Source: a bacterium
Lineage (GTDB): Bacteria; Bacillota_I; Bacilli_A; RF39; UBA660
Direction of reading: 5' to 3'
Assembly: GCA_029099845.1 (NCBI GenBank)
Contig: JAQXOT010000024.1
Location: 5,729-69,728 of the forward strand
Length of the DNA stretch: 64,000 nucleotides
Below the pieces are notes generated by a model, which saw only the letters and a list, made by a program, of their open reading frames with translations, did no database searches and was not told the DNA's origin. Made by a program: the position numbers and the translations under genes. Below, one piece after another: positions 28,947 through 36,595 of the stretch. Each line of letters opens with the position of its first letter. The first letter of the stretch is position 1.

Positions 28947-29029
28947 AAGAAAAATAGACTACTAACAAAACCAAGTAACATTGCTAGTACTAATATCAAA
29001 GATATAAATCTTATAATTTTTTTACTCAT
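28943..29029 (-). CDS. candidate 28-aa hydrophobic peptide (below the ORF-track cutoff)
   Basis: Minus strand: GAGGTGG RBS, 9 nt, ATG; encodes MSKKIIRFISLILVLAMLLGFVSSLFFL followed by TAA and the shared terminator. Confidence 0.3.
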   Translation of the reverse strand: MSKKIIRFISLILVLAMLLGFVSSLFFL

Positions 29030-29135
29030 TAATATATCCACCTCAAAACAATTATAAATTAAATGTCTTAAAAAGTAAAATAGAATTCAGTATGTAAAAA
29101 TACCTAAATAAATATAATTAATTAGGTGAAAAAAG

Positions 29136-29738
29136 ATGAAAAAAATATTAGAAACAATCAAAAGTAGAAAATTACTTAGTACAATAACCATATTAACCCT
29201 AATAGCAGCAATATTTGGTATCTTATTTATAAGTCTCTTATCAAAAGAAAATAAAGAATTAATTATTAACAGCATAACTAATTTTTTTTCAGTTATTAAA
29301 AACAATCAAGTAAATTATCCTACAACATTATTTAAGAGTATAACTAATAATTTATTACTAAATTTAATTATTTGGTTATTAGGAATATCAATTATAGGGT
29401 TGCCAATAGTTTTAATTATTTTATCTTTTGATAGCTTTATTACGTCTTTTACTTTTACTAGTATTTTATATACATATAAACTTAAAGGAATCCTTCCAGC
29501 AATTATTTATATATTTCCTCATCTAATAAATCTATTAACTATTTTCATTTTAACTTATTATTCAGCATCATTTTCTTTAACCCTTTTTAACTTTCTATTT
29601 AGAAAAAAAGAATGTAATAGAAAAATCATTATAACTAGATATTTAAAACTATTATTACTAAGTATTATAATATCTATTATATCAGGATTAATTGAGACTT
29701 ATTTAATCCCAATATTCATTAAAATGTTTAAGCTTTAA
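29136..29738 (+). CDS. spoIIM: stage II sporulation protein M
   Basis: 200-aa multi-pass membrane protein; WLLGISIIGLPIV closely matches the conserved SpoIIM segment (B. subtilis WILGISIIGLPVI, from memory). Confidence 0.7.
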   Translation: MKKILETIKSRKLLSTITILTLIAAIFGILFISLLSKENKELIINSITNFFSVIKNNQVNYPTTLFKSITNNLLLNLIIWLLGISIIGLPIVLIILSFDSFITSFTFTSILYTYKLKGILPAIIYIFPHLINLLTIFILTYYSASFSLTLFNFLFRKKECNRKIIITRYLKLLLLSIIISIISGLIETYLIPIFIKMFKL

Positions 29739-29778
29739 AACAAACTAAAATTATTATATAATTACAATAGGTGATAAT

Positions 29779-30810
29779 ATGAAACAAGAAACAGTCGCAA
29801 TAGGAATGAGTGGGGGAGTAGACTCCTCTGTAGGTGCCTACTTATTAAAAGAAGAAGGCTACAACGTTATTGGCATAACTATGAAATTAATTAATGATGA
29901 AAAAACAAATCTTGCAATCGAAGATGCTAAAAGAGTATGCCAAGAATTAGGCATAAAACACCATATAATTGATGTTAGTAAAGAATTTAAAGAAATAGTT
30001 ATCAATAACTTTATAAGCGCCTATAAAAGTGGAAAAACGCCCAATCCTTGTGTTGTTTGTAATAAATATTTTAAGTTTGGTCTTTTTATCAAAAAATCAG
30101 AAGAACTTGGAGCCACAAAGATTGCCACTGGTCATTACGCTAAAATTGAAAATAATAAATTAAAAATGGCTACTACCAAAGAAAAAGATCAATCGTATTT
30201 CTTATATGGCATAAATAAAGACCTATTATCAAAAATTATATTTCCACTATCTGAATATGAAAATAAAGATAAAGTTCGTGAAATAGCCCAAAAACTAAAT
30301 CTAAGTACTAAGGGAAAAAAAGATAGTCAAGAAATTTGTTTTATTGAAGACAACAACTATATCAATTTTTTAAAAGAAAACATCAAAGAGCCAATAAAAA
30401 CCGGAGAAATTTGTCTAAATGATGACACCGTTTTAGCAACCCACAATGGAATTATTAACTACACAGTCGGGCAAAGAAAAGGCCTAGGAATAAGTTATAA
30501 AGAACCCCTATACGTAACTGATATAAATGCTAATACTAATAAAATAATTGTTGGCTCAAATGCTGATTTATATAAAAACACCTTAATAGCTACTGATATT
30601 AACCTTTTAACTAATAATTTACCAACCGAAGTATATGCAAAGATACGTTCCCGTGCAATGCCTTCAAAAGCCACCGTAACTATCTTAAATAATAAACTAA
30701 TAGTTACATTTCAAGAAGCCCAGCGAGCTATAACTAAAGGTCAATCTGTAGTTTTATATGATAAAGATGACTATGTTTTGGGTGGAGGAATAATAGAAGA
30801 AATAATTTAA
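29779..30810 (+). CDS. mnmA: tRNA 2-thiouridine(34) synthase
   Basis: PP-loop VAIGMSGGVDSSV, catalytic NPCVVCN region, 343 aa. Confidence 0.9.
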   Translation: MKQETVAIGMSGGVDSSVGAYLLKEEGYNVIGITMKLINDEKTNLAIEDAKRVCQELGIKHHIIDVSKEFKEIVINNFISAYKSGKTPNPCVVCNKYFKFGLFIKKSEELGATKIATGHYAKIENNKLKMATTKEKDQSYFLYGINKDLLSKIIFPLSEYENKDKVREIAQKLNLSTKGKKDSQEICFIEDNNYINFLKENIKEPIKTGEICLNDDTVLATHNGIINYTVGQRKGLGISYKEPLYVTDINANTNKIIVGSNADLYKNTLIATDINLLTNNLPTEVYAKIRSRAMPSKATVTILNNKLIVTFQEAQRAITKGQSVVLYDKDDYVLGGGIIEEII

Positions 30811-30921
30811 AGAACTTTTTTTGATTACTTTTTCTTTTACATAAAATTTAAAATAAAAAGTGTCAATTTACACTTGATTATATTTTACTAAATGCCTATA
30901 ATTATATTAGGAGGGTAAAAA

Positions 30922-31689
30922 ATGAAAGAATTAAATAAAGTTCTAACCGAATTAGGAATTAGTAAAGTACGCCTAGCTAAATATCTAGGAGTATCAAGAC
31001 AAATGTTGTATAACTATTTAGCAATCGATGACATCAATAACTGGCCAAAAGAAAAAGCCGCTAAATTATTAAGTCTATTAAATATAGAAAATATAGAAGA
31101 ACTAAGTTCTTTAAAAATAAATGGAGAATATATTATTGAAGTAGAATCCAGATTAAATGAAGGAGTAAAAGACTCATCAAATAAAGAAATAATTGCAGAT
31201 CTAAAAGGTTTTAACAAAAAAGAACAAGAATTATTGTCTGATATCATCACTTTATTAAAAGAAAAACTATCATCAGATAAAACTAAAGATACTTATAATA
31301 CATATCTATATTTGTATCATTTCCTACAATCAATAGATACTAATGAAGAATTAAAATATATTTTAGGATATGTATCAAAATCTCTAGGATTTATTCCCGC
31401 AAATGACTTTGTTTTTAATAATGATAAACAATTTATATTTGAAAGTATCTTATACAGAGCCATGGCCTTATATAATAGTGGAAATGCCTCTAAAACAAAA
31501 TTAGCTGTTGCTCACAAACAATTTGAAGAAGATATAGAACATAAAAATGAAGAAAAACTTTCTCGTACTCAAGAATTAAATACAGCCAAAATTCAAGCCT
31601 TAAAAGAATTAGGCTATGTTGAAATTAGTGAAGATAATGCTAGTGAAGTTCTAGATAAAATCGCTGAAATCCAATCTCGAAAAATATAA
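30922..31689 (+). CDS. hypothetical HTH-domain protein
   Basis: GGAGGG RBS; N-terminal LGISKVRLAKYLGVSRQMLYNYL helix-turn-helix; remainder unassigned. Confidence 0.6.
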   Translation: MKELNKVLTELGISKVRLAKYLGVSRQMLYNYLAIDDINNWPKEKAAKLLSLLNIENIEELSSLKINGEYIIEVESRLNEGVKDSSNKEIIADLKGFNKKEQELLSDIITLLKEKLSSDKTKDTYNTYLYLYHFLQSIDTNEELKYILGYVSKSLGFIPANDFVFNNDKQFIFESILYRAMALYNSGNASKTKLAVAHKQFEEDIEHKNEEKLSRTQELNTAKIQALKELGYVEISEDNASEVLDKIAEIQSRKI

Positions 31690-31717
31690 TAAAAAATAAT
31701 GGCCTTTGATAAATAGT

Positions 31718-31745
31718 AAGAGGGTGACGCAAGTCACTCTTTTAT
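31718..31745 (+). terminator. rho-independent terminator candidate (bulged stem)
   Basis: AAGAG-GG-TGAC / GTCA-CTCTT stem followed by TTT. Confidence 0.5.
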
Positions 31746-32056
31746 AGTATATTTTTATATGCAATAAAAAGAGAAGGGGACGTAGTAAGTAAATAAAATA
31801 CAGTAGTAAATAAAATATCGAATATATGTTTTATCAAAATAATTTCTTAAAAAGATAAACATTAATTAATTAAAATTTCAATATATAATATATAATAAAA
31901 CAAATTAATAATTAAAATTTAAAATTATTATAAAGCCAAAAACCTTGCCGTAAGAAAAGAAACTAAAACACTGAATAATAATAATAATAGATAATAAAAC
32001 CTAGTAAATTTTTATGAAAGAAAAGATGAAATATCTAGCCTCACTCAACAATTACA

Positions 32057-32084
32057 ACTTCCTATAATTGATATTATGTTAACT
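32057..32084 (+). other. dif: dif site (XerC/XerD chromosome dimer resolution site)
   Basis: ACTTCCTATAA-TTGATA-TTATGTTAACT has the 11-6-11 layout. It matches 10/11 positions in each arm of B. subtilis dif ACTTCCTAGAA-TATATA-TTATGTAAACT (recalled from the literature). It lies at the point where the coding-strand bias of the window reverses. Confidence 0.75.
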
Positions 32085-32097
32085 TCTATTTAAAAAA

Positions 32098-32142
32098 ATA
32101 ACATAATATTCTAAGATAATGTTATTATAACATAATATTCTA
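32098..32142 (+). repeat. two 16-bp direct repeats ATAACATAATATTCTA containing the reverse complement of the dif XerD-arm core
   Basis: Copies at 32098-32113 and 32127-32142 (29-bp period). Each contains TAACATAATAT, the reverse complement of ATATTATGTTA found in dif (32071-32081). A 15-bp palindrome ATGTTATTATAACAT lies at 32119-32133. Confidence 0.85.
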
Positions 32143-32159
32143 TAATAGTCTATTTATAT

Positions 32160-32168
32160 TATCTTCTC
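32160..32168. repeat. left target-site duplication of the IS (TATCTTCTC)
   Basis: Identical 9-mer abuts both ends of the element. Confidence 0.8.
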
Positions 32169-33794
32169 GATAGTGTTTCCAAAGTGGGGAGATTTGTAAA
32201 AATAATCTTTATAAATAAAGAAAAAGGTTAAAACCTAAAAAATGCTTTATAATTGAATTGCTAAATAAACAATAGAAAGCGAGGTTTTAACCGTATGAAA
32301 ATTATACCACTTATTAATGAAATTACTAATACTTTTAATGAAATATTCAAAAATAATCTTAATCCACTAAACTTAGAAAGTAAAATTAGAAACGTTGGCG
32401 ATACTTTTACATTAAAATTATATGAATCTTTTTTAAACTATTTTGATGAAAGTTTTAAAAAATCTAAACAAAGAAAAAAAGAATTCAATATAAAAGAAAC
32501 TAGGCAAAGAACTTTAATTACTTCTGTTGGTTTAATTACTATTAATTTTACAGCTTATATCAATAAAAACACTAAAGAAAGATATATACCATTAAGGGAT
32601 ATTCTTCATTTAAAAGCCTATCAAAGACTAACCAATGAAGCAGAATATCAGCTTATTAAATATGCTATGGATGAAAATATGAGTCAATCTGCTAAACATG
32701 CTTTACGAAATACTCAAGTATCTAGAAGTACTGTTTCTAAAAAGATTAAAGTATTAGATGGTTCAATAAATGAAGTTATTACTAAATACACCAATCAACC
32801 TGATATTTTATATATAGAAATAGATGAAATTCATGCTAACCTTCAAAAAGGCGGAAATAGAATATGCCCTTGTGCTATTGTACACGAAGGATATGAGGAA
32901 GAATTTGTTAAAAGAAAAAAACTTAAAAATATTCGTTACTTTGCTTCTTCTAAACTAACATATGAAGAACTTTGGGAAGTCATCTTCGACTATGTTAATA
33001 AAAAATATGATATTGATAAATTTAAAATTATATTTGTATCTGGTGATGGTGCTTCTGGTATTAAAAATTATACGAATTGTTTTCCTAATGCTAAATTTGT
33101 CCTTGATCCTTTTCACTACATAAGAAAACACTTAAGATATATTTTCAAAAATGATACAGAATTAAGAAATATTGCTGATGATTATATTAGAAATGATTTG
33201 ATAGATGATTTCAAATTGCTTGTCAAATCTCAAATAAAAAAATATCCAGAACAAGAAAAACATATGAAAGAACATATGAATTATATTATTAATAATTCAG
33301 AAGGAATTAAAAATCAAAATAATGAAGATTATAAAGTTCATTGTTCCATGGAAGGTCATGTTAATCAAGCTTTTGCTAGATATATAACTTCTTCTCCTTA
33401 TGGATTTTCTGAACAAGGTTTAGAAAATAAATTAAAACTACTTGTTTATCACGCTAATAAACATGAATTAACCATTGAAGATTATTATAATTTAAAGTAT
33501 GGAAATAATAATTACGTAGATATAAATATGAAAGTTAAAAAAATATGCAATATAAAATATGATCAAAAACTAACCTCAAATTATTCATTAGAATATAAAA
33601 TAAATACTAGTTTACCTATACTTGATTATCCATCAGAAAATAATAGATTGAAAGAACTAACATCAATTAGACAAGAAATTTATGTAATATAAAAGGAATA
33701 GATATTGACTATCTACTCCTTCTAACTTACAATTAGTTTAAATTATAAATCTTATTTTTTAGGTAAAAAATCTCCACACTTATTCTACACTAAC
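32169..33794 (+). mobile_element. intact insertion sequence, ISLre2-family-like (1626 bp)
   Basis: Single transposase ORF. Imperfect terminal inverted repeats GATAGTGTTTCCAAAGTGGGGAGATTT (left) and GTTAGTGTAGAATAAGTGTGGAGATTT (right, reverse complement) match at 20/27 positions by hand alignment. Flanked by a perfect 9-bp direct repeat TATCTTCTC. Confidence 0.8.
32295..33692 (+). CDS. transposase (ISLre2 / UPF0236-like)
   Basis: 465 aa; RTLITSVGLITINFTAY..YIPLRD N-terminal pattern and DDE-like acidic residues (YIEIDEIH, VSGDGASGIK) resemble UPF0236/ISLre2 transposases. The family call is from memory. Confidence 0.7.
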   Translation: MKIIPLINEITNTFNEIFKNNLNPLNLESKIRNVGDTFTLKLYESFLNYFDESFKKSKQRKKEFNIKETRQRTLITSVGLITINFTAYINKNTKERYIPLRDILHLKAYQRLTNEAEYQLIKYAMDENMSQSAKHALRNTQVSRSTVSKKIKVLDGSINEVITKYTNQPDILYIEIDEIHANLQKGGNRICPCAIVHEGYEEEFVKRKKLKNIRYFASSKLTYEELWEVIFDYVNKKYDIDKFKIIFVSGDGASGIKNYTNCFPNAKFVLDPFHYIRKHLRYIFKNDTELRNIADDYIRNDLIDDFKLLVKSQIKKYPEQEKHMKEHMNYIINNSEGIKNQNNEDYKVHCSMEGHVNQAFARYITSSPYGFSEQGLENKLKLLVYHANKHELTIEDYYNLKYGNNNYVDINMKVKKICNIKYDQKLTSNYSLEYKINTSLPILDYPSENNRLKELTSIRQEIYVI

Positions 33795-33803
33795 TATCTT
33801 CTC
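33795..33803. repeat. right target-site duplication of the IS (TATCTTCTC)
   Basis: Identical to 32160-32168. Confidence 0.8.
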
Positions 33804-33873
33804 AAATAATACTTAAACTTCCTTAGCCAAATTATTATTAGCTATTTAGCAATAATGTTTTTTAACTAACTAT

Positions 33874-33950
33874 ATCTCTTTATTATCTTAATCTCTTTAT
33901 TATCTTATTATCTTATTATCTTATTATCTTATTATCTTATTATCTTATAT
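33874..33950. repeat. nested tandem repeat: 17-mer x2 followed by octamer TTATCTTA x6
   Basis: ATCTCTTTATTATCTTA at 33874-33890 and 33891-33907; uninterrupted TTATCTTA units from 33900 to 33947 plus a partial unit; non-coding. Confidence 0.9.
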
Positions 33951-34098
33951 CTTTATTTCCTTATTTATAAGATTTAAATAAACAAATACATAATGCAATA
34001 ATAATACATAAATATTTTAGAATGCATTTTAAGCGATTTAATTATTAAAAGTTGGATAATTATCCATCTCAATTCAAAATATTACATTATTATATTTT

Positions 34099-34131
34099 GC
34101 ATATTTCTTTTAAAATGGTTCAACATATAAT
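34099..34131 (+). promoter_or_regulatory. promoter candidate for the Cys-rich small protein gene (sigma factor uncertain)
   Basis: CATATAATA at 34124-34132 fits both TATAAT and the mother-cell sporulation -10 pattern CATAnnnTA. GCATATT lies at 34099-34105, 18 nt upstream. That spacing does not fit what I recall for sigma-E. Confidence 0.3.
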
Positions 34132-34152
34132 AAAAGGAGGATAATTGTATTT

Positions 34153-34380
34153 ATGAAAAAAAAGAAAGATGAATCTAAAATTAAATGTGATGTTAACAAT
34201 TGTACACATAATAACAATAAACAAAACTGTTGTGAATTAGATTCAGTTAAAATTAGTTGTACGTGTGATAATACTGAATGTAATTGCTGCGAAGAAACCA
34301 TCTGTCAAAGTTTTACAGCAACTAGTTCTAACATAACCGACAACGAATATGAAGTTACGGCAGAATTAGACCAAGCCTAG
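34153..34380 (+). CDS. small cysteine-rich protein, DUF1540-like
   Basis: AAGGAGG RBS; 75 aa with 10 Cys; IKCDVNNCTHNNNKQNCCELDSVKIS resembles the DUF1540 repeat (C-x-V-x-x-C-x-h-N...C-x-A-x-x-I-x-V) of small Firmicutes proteins. Confidence 0.6.
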   Translation: MKKKKDESKIKCDVNNCTHNNNKQNCCELDSVKISCTCDNTECNCCEETICQSFTATSSNITDNEYEVTAELDQA

Positions 34381-34396
34381 TATAAAATTAAAAATC

Positions 34397-34424
34397 AAAA
34401 GTAGGGGAAGTCCCCTACTTTTTT
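34397..34424. terminator. bidirectional rho-independent terminator
   Basis: AAAGTAGGGGA / TCCCCTACTTT stem flanked by A-run and T-run, between convergent 34153..34380 and deoB. Confidence 0.75.
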
Positions 34425-35589
34425 AATTTAACTCATCTAAAATGCTTTTACCTATTTCTGGCATATCCACTTGAAAATTATCTGCAATAGTTGCACCAAT
34501 ATTAGCAAAAGTATCAAATTGTTCTAATCGATGTGGATTTTTAAAGTTTCTACTATAGATGATAACTGGTACATTCTCCCTTGTATGATCATTGCCTTTA
34601 AAAGTTGGATCATTACCATGATCTGCTGTAACGATTAATAAATCATCTAATTCCAATTTATTTAATATCATTGGCATATCAACATCCAATTCTTCAATGG
34701 CTCTGCCATAACCAATAACATCTCTAGCATGCCCATATAAGCTATCAAAATCATCTAAATTAGCAATACATAAGCCAGTAAAATTCTTATCCATAATATC
34801 TAATAATTTATTTACAACTTCAGAATTATTTGTAGCTTTAACATTTTTATTAATTCCTTGACCATCAAAAATATCATTAACTTTGCCAATTGCTATAACA
34901 TTATAACTATTTTCTACTAAACTATCTAAAACTGATTTTTTAGGAGGCTTAACTGCATAATCTTTTCTCGCATTATTAATGAACTTAAATTTTCCAGGAG
35001 TTCCCGTAAAGGGGCGAGCAATTACTCTTCCTACCCTCCACTCTTCTCTTAATGTTATTGCTCTAATTTTTTCGCAATATTGATATAAAGTAGATATTGG
35101 GATACAATCCTCATGAGCTGCTACCTGTAAATCAGAATCAGCAGAAGTATAAATGATAAGTGAACCATAATTCATCTGTCTTTCTCCAAGTTCATTAATG
35201 ATAGATATGTCATTACAGCACTTATTACCGATAACTCGTCTTCCCGTAACTTCTTCAATACTCGTTAAAATATCATATGTAAATCCACTATTAAATGTCT
35301 TAAATGGAATATCATTTTTAATTCCCATCATTTCATAATGACCATTTAACGTATCTTTCCCAGCATTAATTGGTTTAGCGATAGTATAATATGCCTCAGT
35401 ATTTGCATTATCACTCATATTAAGTGTATCTAAAAAACCAATTTTTTTTAAGTTAGGTATAAACAAATCATATTGTTCTTTAATATGTCCCAAAGTATTG
35501 GCACCATTATCCGAAAAATTAATTGCATCATGTGTTTCTCCAACCCCAAGTGAATCTAACACCACCAAAAATATTCTTTTAAATTTCAT
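34423..35589 (-). CDS. deoB: phosphopentomutase
   Basis: MKFKRIFLVVLDSLGVGE metal-binding N-terminus, TADHGNDPT motif, 388 aa. Confidence 0.9.
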   Translation of the reverse strand: MKFKRIFLVVLDSLGVGETHDAINFSDNGANTLGHIKEQYDLFIPNLKKIGFLDTLNMSDNANTEAYYTIAKPINAGKDTLNGHYEMMGIKNDIPFKTFNSGFTYDILTSIEEVTGRRVIGNKCCNDISIINELGERQMNYGSLIIYTSADSDLQVAAHEDCIPISTLYQYCEKIRAITLREEWRVGRVIARPFTGTPGKFKFINNARKDYAVKPPKKSVLDSLVENSYNVIAIGKVNDIFDGQGINKNVKATNNSEVVNKLLDIMDKNFTGLCIANLDDFDSLYGHARDVIGYGRAIEELDVDMPMILNKLELDDLLIVTADHGNDPTFKGNDHTRENVPVIIYSRNFKNPHRLEQFDTFANIGATIADNFQVDMPEIGKSILDELN

Positions 35590-35592
35590 ATT

Positions 35593-36492
35593 TTATGCAT
35601 CTCCTTTATGACTGCGTGGATGATATTTATTATAATCATCAAATACTTTTTCATTACTAACATGGGTATATATTTTTGTAGTAGCAATATCAGAATGTCC
35701 TAACATTTCCTGAATACTACGTAAATCTGCTCCCTTATTTAAAAGATGAGTTGCAAAAGAGTGCCTTAGTGTATGAGGAGAAACATCCGGATTCAAGCCT
35801 TTTTCTTGTAATAATTGTTTTAATACTTTAAAAAATCCTTGTCGTGTCATGCCAAGCCCATGATTATTCAAAAATAACTTATAGCATGGTTTCTTCTTAA
35901 GCATTTCCCCTCTCCTACTCAAATATAATTTTAAATAATAAATAGCATACTCTCCAAGTGGAACTTCTCGCTCTTTACTACCTTTACCCATAATTCTAAT
36001 AATACAATTAGTAATATCAATATCATCAATTGTTAAATTGATAATCTCACTAACTCTTAAACCAGTTCCATACATCAATTCTAGCATAGCCTTATTGCGA
36101 TAGTCAAATACCGTCTTTAGTTCAATATCCAATAAAAGATCAACATCAGCGATACTTAAAGTTTTTGGCAAACTTTTTCTTAGCTTTGGTCTTTCAACAA
36201 ATAAAGACACATCGTTTTTAACAATATTTTGTCTTAATAAATATGCATGAAAATTTTTAATAACCGTTAAATTATGAGCGATCGTTGTTGTTTTATCATT
36301 TTCATATCTAGATTTTAAAAATTCTTTAATATCATCAGTACTAATATCTTCAACAGAAGTAATAGCTTTAGTTTTTAAAAAAGAGGCATATACTGATAAA
36401 TCATTATAATAAGATTCTTTAGTCTTATCAGAAAGACCTTTCTCAAACAAACAGTAATTTATAAAATCATCAATCGCAATATCAATTTTCAT
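35593..36492 (-). CDS. xerD: site-specific tyrosine recombinase XerD (XerC/D family)
   Basis: Catalytic residues in GLRVSE, HTLRHSFATHLL and GHSDIATTKIYTHV; 299 aa; xerD-deoB adjacency as in Bacillus (ripX-drm). Confidence 0.8.
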   Translation of the reverse strand: MKIDIAIDDFINYCLFEKGLSDKTKESYYNDLSVYASFLKTKAITSVEDISTDDIKEFLKSRYENDKTTTIAHNLTVIKNFHAYLLRQNIVKNDVSLFVERPKLRKSLPKTLSIADVDLLLDIELKTVFDYRNKAMLELMYGTGLRVSEIINLTIDDIDITNCIIRIMGKGSKEREVPLGEYAIYYLKLYLSRRGEMLKKKPCYKLFLNNHGLGMTRQGFFKVLKQLLQEKGLNPDVSPHTLRHSFATHLLNKGADLRSIQEMLGHSDIATTKIYTHVSNEKVFDDYNKYHPRSHKGDA

Positions 36493-36595
36493 CTTACCAC
36501 CTATATATATTATACAAAATTATTCCAGAAAAAGAAACTGACGCTAGCCATTTAATTATATATCTGCTAAAATAACTATTGTGGTGATGAATATT

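Noticed and set aside
31771-31778. Single GAGAAGGG octamer (B. subtilis SpoIIIE recognition sequence) oriented toward dif.
   Set aside because: It is mentioned only as a curiosity. One occurrence cannot establish polarity, I found no clear inverted copies (CCCTTCTC) to the right of dif, and the motif may differ in this lineage.
32015-32068. 17-codon ORF (MKEKMKYLASLNNYNFL) running into the dif site.
   Set aside because: It has no RBS and is very short. The sequence is better explained by the dif XerC arm, which it overlaps.
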